Source of the DNA: a virus
Taxonomy: Duplodnaviria; Caudoviricetes
Reading direction: 5' to 3' (one strand)
IMG/VR virus record: IMGVR_UViG_3300029823_000004
Span: 1-42,230 of that record
Length of the DNA: 42,230 nt
Under the pieces are notes generated by a model. The model worked only from the letters and a program-made list of their open reading frames with translations, made no database searches and was not told the DNA's origin. The translations under genes were made by a program, and so were the position numbers. Positions 1 to 7,762 of this stretch are shown one piece after another (position 1 is the stretch's first letter; every line of letters starts with the position of its first letter).

Positions 1-238
1 TCTCTACTCTTTTTGCATCTCCTGCCTTAGCTATATCCTTAAATTCATCCTCCAAAACATAATACAACCCCTTAGCAACACTAAGAGCACGATTGTAATT
101 GTCTGCTCCTTTTTTCGCTGCAAGAGCTTGTTTCTGTACCTCTATTGCATCCGCAGCTTTCTTTAACACAAAAGTACCTATAATCCCAAACACCCCTATA
201 ATAAACTGTACTCCCATACTTAATATTTGTTCTTTCAT
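1..238 (-). CDS. Holin-like membrane protein (LL-H-like), truncated by window edge
   Basis: Manual translation MKEQILSMGVQFIIGVFGIIGTFVLKKAADAIEVQKQALAAKKG..., with GGAGG RBS and an N-terminal hydrophobic helix. Paralog of 41351..41767. Confidence 0.75.
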   Translation of the reverse strand, partial: MKEQILSMGVQFIIGVFGIIGTFVLKKAADAIEVQKQALAAKKGADNYNRALSVAKGLYYVLEDEFKDIAKAGDAKRVE

Positions 239-266
239 TTTACATTACCTCCATAATTTATAATTT

Positions 267-289
267 AAAAAAAGAGCTTTTTAAGCTCT
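267..289 (-). terminator. Intrinsic terminator after endolysin
   Basis: Minus strand AGAGCTT-AA-AAAGCTCT followed by a T run. Confidence 0.6.
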
Positions 290-1126
290 CTAATTATTCA
301 GAAATATACTCCATGTTTCTATCCTTAACACTCCATCCGTTGGTCTGTCCCAGTTCTTCTGGAGTTCAGTTACAGCTTGAAAGGTTGCTTCGTCATATAG
401 CATATCCGTGTAGGAACCTTTTTTTAAATAGCCCCACATTTCTAGTTTCTGCTGTAACCATAGTACTATATGGGACTTGTGACCCTTCTTAATTATATTT
501 CCGATGCTTTTGAGGTTGTTCAAAGTTTCCTGATAGATATTACCGTCAGTGTGTTTCAGTTTAGCGTTGTAGTCTACATTCATGTAGTATTGGAGTGATG
601 ATATCTGAGATTTTAAAGTAGCGTTTTTAGTTTCGCTTATTAAATCGAAATTATCACCTTTTGCTAATCTTGCCTTAAAGTCATTCCACTTAGCCCAGTT
701 ATTAGCAGACATATTATGCGGACAGTCTTTCCTGCTGGCATCATAATGTCTTACTACATTATTAATAGAAACACCATATTTACTCGTTAAACTTCTTACA
801 AGCTCCAGAGTATTATTTATGGTTGTGTCGGAAATATACCCACCAGAATTACACATTTCTATTCCTATGGAATTGTGGTTTGAAATGCCATAAACCCCAT
901 GGCCATCTCCACAATGCCATGCTGCTTGGTTTTCCTCTACAACCTGATATATAGAAGTATCGTCTACAAAATAATGTGCAGAAGCCTGTCTGTCTCCACT
1001 ATTAAAGTAATTGGCATTTGCTAGAGCTGTATCCTTATAATTTCCTGTATCGTGTATAACTATAAACTTAATGTTATTCCCTGCTGAATGGTTGTAAGGT
1101 GATATTTTTCTTGTGATTGATAACAT
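290..1126 (-). CDS. Endolysin: N-acetylmuramoyl-L-alanine amidase (Amidase_2) plus C-terminal peptidoglycan-binding domain
   Basis: Motifs IVIHDTGN, ASAHYFVD, AWHCGD, SIGIEMC, RHYDASRKDCP; C-terminal AVTELQKNW..TDG. Confidence 0.93.
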   Translation of the reverse strand: MLSITRKISPYNHSAGNNIKFIVIHDTGNYKDTALANANYFNSGDRQASAHYFVDDTSIYQVVEENQAAWHCGDGHGVYGISNHNSIGIEMCNSGGYISDTTINNTLELVRSLTSKYGVSINNVVRHYDASRKDCPHNMSANNWAKWNDFKARLAKGDNFDLISETKNATLKSQISSLQYYMNVDYNAKLKHTDGNIYQETLNNLKSIGNIIKKGHKSHIVLWLQQKLEMWGYLKKGSYTDMLYDEATFQAVTELQKNWDRPTDGVLRIETWSIFLNN

Positions 1127-1142
1127 ATTACTTGCATCTCCT

Positions 1143-1532
1143 TTATTTATTTTTTAATTGTTCCAAAGTCTGTATTAGCTTTTGCGGTAGTGGAAGACCA
1201 CATTTCCCACAGTTCTCTAAAATAGAAATACCCTCATTCGCTATATAGAAATAACAAACAAGAGTACGGAAAACCCATATTCCACTATTTAAAAGTCTGT
1301 CTAAAAGTACAGCTACTATAAGCACCACAAGTATAGATGCTTTCTTTGCGATACCTTTATACCCCACTTTGGAATTTAATTTACTTTGTACAGCAGCACT
1401 TAAAAGCCCTATAGCATAGTCAATTCCCATAAACCAAAATAAAACTATTATAGGAGTATCCCACCCACCAAATATATAAGTACATACACCTCCTACCCCC
1501 GCCACTATGCTGTTAAATATATGTTTGTTCAT
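1143..1532 (-). CDS. Phage holin (toxin-secretion/phage lysis holin family)
   Basis: FGGWD, LNSKVGYKGIAKK and FYIANEGISILEN motifs; hydrophobic helices; directly upstream of the endolysin. Confidence 0.92.
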   Translation of the reverse strand: MNKHIFNSIVAGVGGVCTYIFGGWDTPIIVLFWFMGIDYAIGLLSAAVQSKLNSKVGYKGIAKKASILVVLIVAVLLDRLLNSGIWVFRTLVCYFYIANEGISILENCGKCGLPLPQKLIQTLEQLKNK

Positions 1533-1558
1533 CTGTAGCCTCCTTAATTTTTGGTATT

Positions 1559-1589
1559 AAAAAAGAGCTCTGGATTTCTCCAAAACTCT
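1559..1589 (-). terminator. Intrinsic terminator upstream of holin
   Basis: Minus strand AGAGTTTTGGA-GAAA-TCCAGAGCTCT then TTTTT. Confidence 0.6.
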
Positions 1590-1607
1590 GAATGTGTTAT
1601 GACGCAT

Positions 1608-1621
1608 AATGTTTCTATTGT
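1608..1621. repeat. 14-bp direct repeat, left copy flanking moron
   Basis: AATGTTTCTATTGT, identical to 2721..2734. Confidence 0.7.
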
Positions 1622-1654
1622 CCACCTATTCTTCACTCCATATAAAAATTTTCG

Positions 1655-1690
1655 GCTACAAAATTTAAAATTTGCTTTAGATTTTGTAGC
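1655..1690 (-). terminator. Hairpin/terminator of moron gene
   Basis: Inverted repeat GCTACAAAATTTAAA...TTTAGATTTTGTAGC 11 bp after the stop codon. Confidence 0.6.
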
Positions 1691-1701
1691 TTTAACCTTT
1701 T

Positions 1702-2571
1702 TTATGGTATTATTAGAATATCAAGCACTATAGATGCTAATGTAGTTGATTTTGCTGCTACTCTAATGTGTATATATTGCCCAGCTGAAACAGGTGCAAT
1801 TGTAATCTTTCCAGATGAATCTGCTGTGGCAGTGTCTGCTGAATTCCAATTAACACTAGCTGGAGTCGGATTACTATCTACTACATATTGGTAACCTTCA
1901 CCTACTACGAGACCTGTAATATTGGTTGAACTTCCACCACCTAGTGGAGATGCCACTGCTGATGGTGCTGGTGGTGTTACTACTTGCGCAACAAATCTAG
2001 TGTTTGTCTGTAAATTCACCTGTCTTACCCAAACGGTAGCTCCACTTCCATAGTCAACTACAGTTTGATTTTCTGTACAATATACCCATGTGCCATCCGT
2101 TCCATTCGTAGAATTTAAACTATATTCCATTTCATTGGTTGTCCCTGTTAATAGGCTATTTTGCACGTCTAAAGCTACTCCTGTCAAACTTCTTGTTATA
2201 ACAGTACCATAACTTATTGGTGCTGATACACATTCAGGATTAGTGTTTCCTGCAACATCCCTTACTGTTCCACCAGCTACCTTAAATTTAACAGTACCTC
2301 CTGAAAGCAAATGATTACAATTTATAGTCATTGTATTTCCACTTATACTTACTGTGTCTCCTACCCCAAGAGGTATGTAATTAACTCCATTTAGTGAATA
2401 AGTAACTGCAGCCTTTAATACATCACTATCTGCTGTGTTATTTATAATTGGTTCACTGAAAGTTAGTGTCATAGTCCGTTGGCTATTACTTGCGGCTTTA
2501 ACTTGAAAACCACAGATCACTATAGATAAGAAAAGTAGACAATTTAAAATAAAATATTTTTTCTTCAACAA
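1702..2571 (-). CDS. Secreted beta-rich (Ig-like/DUF4073-like) surface protein, moron
   Basis: Signal peptide MLKKKYFILNCLLFLSIVICGFQVKA; Ig-like motifs TLTFSEPI and VRDVAGN; LTGTTNEMEYS repeat; own RBS, promoter and terminator. Confidence 0.75.
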   Translation of the reverse strand: MLKKKYFILNCLLFLSIVICGFQVKAASNSQRTMTLTFSEPIINNTADSDVLKAAVTYSLNGVNYIPLGVGDTVSISGNTMTINCNHLLSGGTVKFKVAGGTVRDVAGNTNPECVSAPISYGTVITRSLTGVALDVQNSLLTGTTNEMEYSLNSTNGTDGTWVYCTENQTVVDYGSGATVWVRQVNLQTNTRFVAQVVTPPAPSAVASPLGGGSSTNITGLVVGEGYQYVVDSNPTPASVNWNSADTATADSSGKITIAPVSAGQYIHIRVAAKSTTLASIVLDILIIP

Positions 2572-2615
2572 GTTACCCTCCTAACAAAGATAGTACATTA
2601 AAACTCTTATTTTTT

Positions 2616-2644
2616 ATTATACTACCATATGGTAATTAATGTAA
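2616..2644 (-). promoter_or_regulatory. SigA-type promoter of moron
   Basis: TTACAT-N17-TATAAT on the minus strand, upstream of the AGGAGG RBS. Confidence 0.6.
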
Positions 2645-2720
2645 TGTATTTTGATACAGTATTGCAAATTTTTTAAATTCATTGATGCTATTTTAATGTA
2701 GATAAGTTTTTATATCTATA

Positions 2721-2734
2721 AATGTTTCTATTGT
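2721..2734. repeat. 14-bp direct repeat, right copy flanking moron
   Basis: AATGTTTCTATTGT; overlaps the stop codon of the XkdX-like gene. Confidence 0.7.
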
Positions 2735-2886
2735 GCAGTGTAATCCTGTCCGGTTATGGTCTTAAATTCATCTGACGTAATTTCCCCGAATAAATTAGTA
2801 TCTGTTTTTACAGCACCTTTTAAAGCTGCTGTACTCACCCAATTATAATTAAATGCCATTTGCCAAAATGTAAAATTTATACTCAT
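2728..2886 (-). CDS. XkdX-family small protein (52 aa)
   Basis: Not in ORF track. MSINFTFWQMAFNYNWVSTAALKGAVKTDTNLFGEITSDEFKTITGQDYTAQ with GEIT.DEF..ITG.DY motif; TAATG coupling to the upstream gene. Confidence 0.85.
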   Translation of the reverse strand: MSINFTFWQMAFNYNWVSTAALKGAVKTDTNLFGEITSDEFKTITGQDYTAQ

Positions 2887-3251
2887 TAATTTGTACCTCC
2901 TTGTAATTGAATAACTTGTAATTTCAAATTAGCTACCTGCTGCCCTAGACCATCAATAATATTACTTTTTTGTATTCCTGCAAGTTTTTCTTGTGCTAAT
3001 TGCTGACCTAAATTATTTAAATTTTCTTGTACTATTTCATCTTGTGTTAATGGTCTGTCAACAAATTCATAAGTAAATTCATCTTTTACTTCATCATAAA
3101 AATACTTAATATTTTTGCCTATAGGTATTTCAATAATTGGAAACATTTTTTGCGTTATTTTTATACTGTCTGTAACTGTAGGTACCTCCTTTACGTCATA
3201 ACATAATGTTAATACTTCTTTTGTAGTTGTGTTAATTTGTATAACATTCAT
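2886..3251 (-). CDS. Tail fibre-associated protein (XkdW-like position)
   Basis: Lies between fibre and XkdX; YEFVDRPLTQDE followed by a coiled coil. Confidence 0.6.
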   Translation of the reverse strand: MNVIQINTTTKEVLTLCYDVKEVPTVTDSIKITQKMFPIIEIPIGKNIKYFYDEVKDEFTYEFVDRPLTQDEIVQENLNNLGQQLAQEKLAGIQKSNIIDGLGQQVANLKLQVIQLQGGTN

Positions 3252-3272
3252 AATTTAAAGCCTCCTATTTTT

Positions 3273-5645
3273 TTATGAAAGTATTTTATAACCACCATTT
3301 TCTCCGAAACATAATGTTTTACTATTTCTTGAAAAAGCTATTATTGGAATACCTTGTGATGCTTTATAAGCAATTATATCTACACATTTTTGATCTGTAG
3401 TTAAATTTAAAGATGTATTTGTTATTCTCCAACTTGCGCTTTCTGTAGTATCATCTATATCTAATGCTCCATATGCATAAGAAGCTTTTCTAACTACTGG
3501 GCCATAACTAGCCGTTCCAATTAATATCTTATAAAACCAAGTAGGAGTATATATAGCATTGCCTGTCGCAGATACTGGACTTTCTGCAGAAAACATCATT
3601 GTGGCGGTTGTAGGTAGATAAATGCCGTTTGTACTATAATTTCCTATATAGTAAAAGCTACTATAAACTCTAGAACTAGAAACAATACCCCCAGTAGGTT
3701 GTATACCTCCATAAGTTATGCCACTACCATCATTATAAGTAAAAGCTATCCAATTTACTGTTTTTACATAATCATATATTCCCCATGATGTATTTCCTGA
3801 TACAACATAGCTACTCTGCAATGCTAGAGTAGCTAATGTATATGTTTTTGCTATAGGGGTATTATTAGTATTTAAAGAACCTTTCCATACTAATACACCA
3901 GCACCATTTACAAGAATAACATTAGCTATAAAATCGGTTATTGCTATCGAGTGTGTTACTGTACCATTTGAACAATCTATTCTTTTTAACGTATCACCAT
4001 TAATAATTGCATATATATAACCATCCCTATAATCTAAATCTATAATAGACGTACCAAAATTATATTGCCATACTATTGATTTAGTTACTGTATCTACTAC
4101 AACTATATCACCATTAGATAATCCTACAACTACTCTTGAACTACTTCCTGAAGTATATTCACTTCTGGAATTTTCTCTATTTACAGGTGCTCTAACTACA
4201 TTTATATTGCTATCAAATGTAACAACGTCTGTTATTGATATTTCTTTATATGAAATATCAATATTTGTTGATACTACTACACTGCCTACATTATATCCTT
4301 TTGCTATCGTTCCTCCACTTGTATATCCTGTAGGAATTGTTTGAACTGAACTTGATGGAATATAGTTTAGTACTCCATTATTAGGCATAGTTCCAACTAT
4401 ATCCCCTGCATCTGTACTAGCTGTTTTACCAGAGAGAAGGTCAGATGCAGTTGCATTACCACTAGCGCCTTCACCCTGTAATATAAAATTTCCAGAAGTT
4501 GCATTATATCTTACTGTATAAATACCTCCACTTTTTAATATTGCACTATTGCCATTAGGTTTCTTAATAGGTTTTGCTTCTAAATCTCCCCACTTTAAAG
4601 TTGGGTTACTCCCACTGTCTGTGTGCACTGTAAAAACAGCTCCTATTTTATCTATAAGGATAGTTGGTACTGGATTAGTTGTAATGGTGTAAGCTGTAGA
4701 AGTTCCTTCAGTTGTACCAGCATTTGCAGGATGTGTCACATAATCTGCCTTATGTTCATCAAAGTCCTCTGTTAAATTAGCTATGGCATCAGCATTTCCT
4801 TTTACTGTTTCGGTCGTCCTTCCTGTTCCTGCAAGGGAATTTATATTTGAAGTATTAGTATTTATAAGATTTAACAGATTTCCAGCCGTATCACCATCTA
4901 GTGCACTTTGCACCGTAGCAAACCAATTATTCCAGTCTTGCTGGAAATGTGCTTCCATATTATCTATTTCCGTTTGAGATGCAGAGGTTATATTGTTATA
5001 CCAGGTATTAAAATCTGTTTCTCTGCCTGAAATATAGTTATTTAGTTCAACTTGTTTTTGCGCTGTCCAACTTAACATATCAGCATCATATTGAGCTTTC
5101 TTCTGTGTTAGCCAGGACAAATACTGATTAAAAAGTGTCGTTGTGTCTGCCTGCTCTACAGTTCCATGAACTATTCCACATAAACTGGTGTCAAGCCTTA
5201 AATCCGTTATATTTGCCTGGGTAATTTGGGTAGCTCCTGCGGCAACATAAATATCTGCAATTCCAATTTCGTAAGCATCTGCATCACGTTGTAGTTCAGG
5301 GGCTACAGGAGAACTTGCAAAAGTACCTTTTTTAACTACCGCATTTATTGCCCTACCTACTGTATCCATCCTAAGTACTATTCTATCTATTCTATTTAAA
5401 ACACCATCTGCCACATCTATAGGTAAAATCAAATCATTGTCATTTACATACAGGGCACCATCAATCCATCCATTTCCTACTTTAAGTGTTACTGTCATAT
5501 CCTCGTTTTCACCTATACATTGGAGATTGGTACTTGGATTAGGGAATACCCCATTACCTATAAAGGTTGCAAAGTATTCTCTAAAATCTTCAGCCTTATA
5601 TTTTCTATCTCCATTTATAGAATTAAAACAAAATGACCTTTCCAT
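3273..5645 (-). CDS. Baseplate-anchored tail fibre/receptor-binding protein
   Basis: N-terminal FNSINGDRKY..RIDRIVLR baseplate-upper-like domain, coiled coil, fibre linker GNATASDLLSGKTA, C-terminal beta-propeller-like region. Confidence 0.8.
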   Translation of the reverse strand: MERSFCFNSINGDRKYKAEDFREYFATFIGNGVFPNPSTNLQCIGENEDMTVTLKVGNGWIDGALYVNDNDLILPIDVADGVLNRIDRIVLRMDTVGRAINAVVKKGTFASSPVAPELQRDADAYEIGIADIYVAAGATQITQANITDLRLDTSLCGIVHGTVEQADTTTLFNQYLSWLTQKKAQYDADMLSWTAQKQVELNNYISGRETDFNTWYNNITSASQTEIDNMEAHFQQDWNNWFATVQSALDGDTAGNLLNLINTNTSNINSLAGTGRTTETVKGNADAIANLTEDFDEHKADYVTHPANAGTTEGTSTAYTITTNPVPTILIDKIGAVFTVHTDSGSNPTLKWGDLEAKPIKKPNGNSAILKSGGIYTVRYNATSGNFILQGEGASGNATASDLLSGKTASTDAGDIVGTMPNNGVLNYIPSSSVQTIPTGYTSGGTIAKGYNVGSVVVSTNIDISYKEISITDVVTFDSNINVVRAPVNRENSRSEYTSGSSSRVVVGLSNGDIVVVDTVTKSIVWQYNFGTSIIDLDYRDGYIYAIINGDTLKRIDCSNGTVTHSIAITDFIANVILVNGAGVLVWKGSLNTNNTPIAKTYTLATLALQSSYVVSGNTSWGIYDYVKTVNWIAFTYNDGSGITYGGIQPTGGIVSSSRVYSSFYYIGNYSTNGIYLPTTATMMFSAESPVSATGNAIYTPTWFYKILIGTASYGPVVRKASYAYGALDIDDTTESASWRITNTSLNLTTDQKCVDIIAYKASQGIPIIAFSRNSKTLCFGENGGYKILS

Positions 5646-5646
5646 A

Positions 5647-5781
5647 CTACCACCTCATTCCTAAAGCAAGCTCCTGAAGTTTCTTTTTTAACTCTTTATT
5701 CATTTCTTCTGGACTCACAGAATTGGAGCATTGTATTGTTATTGTATTGGTATAGTTCTTATTTTTTTTACTCTTTTTCAT
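5647..5781 (-). CDS. 44-aa micro-ORF resembling a tape-measure C-terminus
   Basis: Not in ORF track. MKKSKKNKNYTNTITIQCSNSVSPEEMNKELKKKLQELALGMRW; AAGGTGGTGA RBS; fills the gap between neighbours with 1-bp spacers. Confidence 0.7.
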   Translation of the reverse strand: MKKSKKNKNYTNTITIQCSNSVSPEEMNKELKKKLQELALGMRW

Positions 5782-5782
5782 G

Positions 5783-6880
5783 CTATCTCACCACCTTTTT
5801 TGAATTTCTCTTGAATACTGTAAGCAGATTAGGAATGTTAGTCCCAAAAGTAGCCTGCAACTTAAACCCTGTTACTTCGTAGATTTCTTTAATCTCAATA
5901 ATTTGGCAGTTCATTGTTACACCCCACTTTTTGCTTTGAGCTGTAACTGTATCCCCTAAGTCATAGTCCTGCTCATATATAAACGTATTATCTGGGATAA
6001 TCTCAAATTCAAATGTTTTTATTTCCTTTAATTCATCAAGTTTTTGTGTCCCTGAACTTAGTAATTCCTCTACATCTTCAGCCTGGCTGCAATCCAGAAA
6101 AGTTTCTATCCTCTCAACTCCAGTTGAGCTCCCTATCTGTTGTATGAGTCTGTCCGCATCATCTCCATGCCCTCCAGCATATCCAACATTACAGGTGTTT
6201 AGTAAACTTTGGATTAAATGGGGATTTATTATATTATCAAAGTCTGTGGAGAATATTACAGGCGGTAGGGTGTCCTGGTCTACAGTTAGGTTCTTACCTT
6301 CCACTACATCAAAAATCCATTTATTATTATCTATGTCAAGTACAACATCCCAACCTATGCTTGCATAGGTACCTATCTCTTCCAATTTATCGGAGAGTAT
6401 TTCAAACCTGCTACGCCATTTGTCTTGTTTGCCCCTGTGTAAATCTGGTGCTATGGAAACCTGTAGTATCTTTCTATTTGCATCCGTAGGATTAACTACA
6501 TGGTTGTTTACAAAACCTTTCAATATTGTCTCTATACTTCCTGTCTGGCTGTCATATCCATTGCCATTTACAGGAGGAACAATTAATCGCCTAGACATAA
6601 TGCCTTTTAAAGTAGGACCTTTTATAATAAGTTCATCAATTCCATTGTCGTCTACCTGGTTTTCTCTGTGCATTATAATACCTATTTTATTAAGGCTGCT
6701 TCCCAGAATGATTAAATTATTTTTAACCAGGGCATCTGTATTGGCCTTATCCATATTTATATGCAGTTCGAACTCTCCTACTTTGTAAAATCTACGGATA
6801 AACTGTAAACTTTCATAATCATCTATTTCACCGAGTAGGTTAAAATCCTTATCTATTATTCTTATAGGTATTTTTTTCAA
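5783..6880 (-). CDS. Baseplate hub/Tal (siphovirus ReqiPepy6 Gp37-like)
   Basis: LLGEIDDYESLQFIRRFYKVGEFEL and YEQDYDLGDTVT motifs; follows Dit. Confidence 0.85.
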   Translation of the reverse strand: MKKIPIRIIDKDFNLLGEIDDYESLQFIRRFYKVGEFELHINMDKANTDALVKNNLIILGSSLNKIGIIMHRENQVDDNGIDELIIKGPTLKGIMSRRLIVPPVNGNGYDSQTGSIETILKGFVNNHVVNPTDANRKILQVSIAPDLHRGKQDKWRSRFEILSDKLEEIGTYASIGWDVVLDIDNNKWIFDVVEGKNLTVDQDTLPPVIFSTDFDNIINPHLIQSLLNTCNVGYAGGHGDDADRLIQQIGSSTGVERIETFLDCSQAEDVEELLSSGTQKLDELKEIKTFEFEIIPDNTFIYEQDYDLGDTVTAQSKKWGVTMNCQIIEIKEIYEVTGFKLQATFGTNIPNLLTVFKRNSKKVVR

Positions 6881-6883
6881 AAG

Positions 6884-7750
6884 TTACACCCCCACATATT
6901 TTGGAGTATAATAAATCCCCACTTCCAGGTTGTTTATGCCTTCCTCTGCATCATAACGCAGAAGATTATCCCCTACATCTAATTGAAGGAAGGTTGTATC
7001 TAATGTTATATAATTAAAGACATTCTGAATTACTCCAGTTGTCTTAATCATTTCAACTCTTTTATTCCCAAAAGAAGTATCTATAACAAGCTTATCTCCC
7101 GCAGTAAGTGTCCTTTTTACTTTTATAAATTCCTGGGTATAAACATTCAAAATGCTTGGATTAACCACAGTTGCAAGAGCTTTAAATTCCACCCTTATAG
7201 AGCATTCCACATCACCGGAATTAAAACAATTTGCAATTAAGGTACTTACTCGGTGTCCCATTTCTATTCCGGTTTCTTGTGGAATTTCCAAGTCAAATTC
7301 AAAATCTCCAACCCACTGTGCCATTTCATTTTTTAGTTCCTCTATATCCTTCCAATATGGCTCTGGGCAATATAACTGTACTAAGAACTGTTGTATAGGC
7401 TCGTGTCTGTCTTTTGGTGTAATACTATCGACCCTACATTTAATTTTATATTCTCCAGCACCATTACTATAAAAAAGAGTACCCCCTATTTTAGGATTAA
7501 ACACAGAATTAAGTATCCGCCGTTTAGTAAACATATCCTGACTGCTATCTGCTAGTATTGCAATTTCTATATTTAATACCCTTTCTTCCAGTAGATGTTC
7601 TTGTACAGTCTTACCATCTTGCCATGGTGCCTTTGTAGTTACTATTGTACTTTTAGGCGGGTCTGGGTCAAATTTTTGCAACAAAAAAGGAGCATAATTT
7701 TTTAGTTCTACGCTCTGACCCCTTGAGTTTGTGAATATTAAGTTTTGCAA
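6884..7750 (-). CDS. Distal tail protein (Dit)
   Basis: Directly after TMP; LYCPEPYW, NSGDVE and FLQLDVGDNLLRY motifs. Confidence 0.85.
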   Translation of the reverse strand: MQNLIFTNSRGQSVELKNYAPFLLQKFDPDPPKSTIVTTKAPWQDGKTVQEHLLEERVLNIEIAILADSSQDMFTKRRILNSVFNPKIGGTLFYSNGAGEYKIKCRVDSITPKDRHEPIQQFLVQLYCPEPYWKDIEELKNEMAQWVGDFEFDLEIPQETGIEMGHRVSTLIANCFNSGDVECSIRVEFKALATVVNPSILNVYTQEFIKVKRTLTAGDKLVIDTSFGNKRVEMIKTTGVIQNVFNYITLDTTFLQLDVGDNLLRYDAEEGINNLEVGIYYTPKYVGV

Positions 7751-7762
7751 TCTTACTCCCTC

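Noticed and set aside
3273-5645. Diversity-generating retroelement or invertible tail-fibre cassette
   Set aside because: No reverse transcriptase, invertase, template repeat or inverted fibre copies found in the window.
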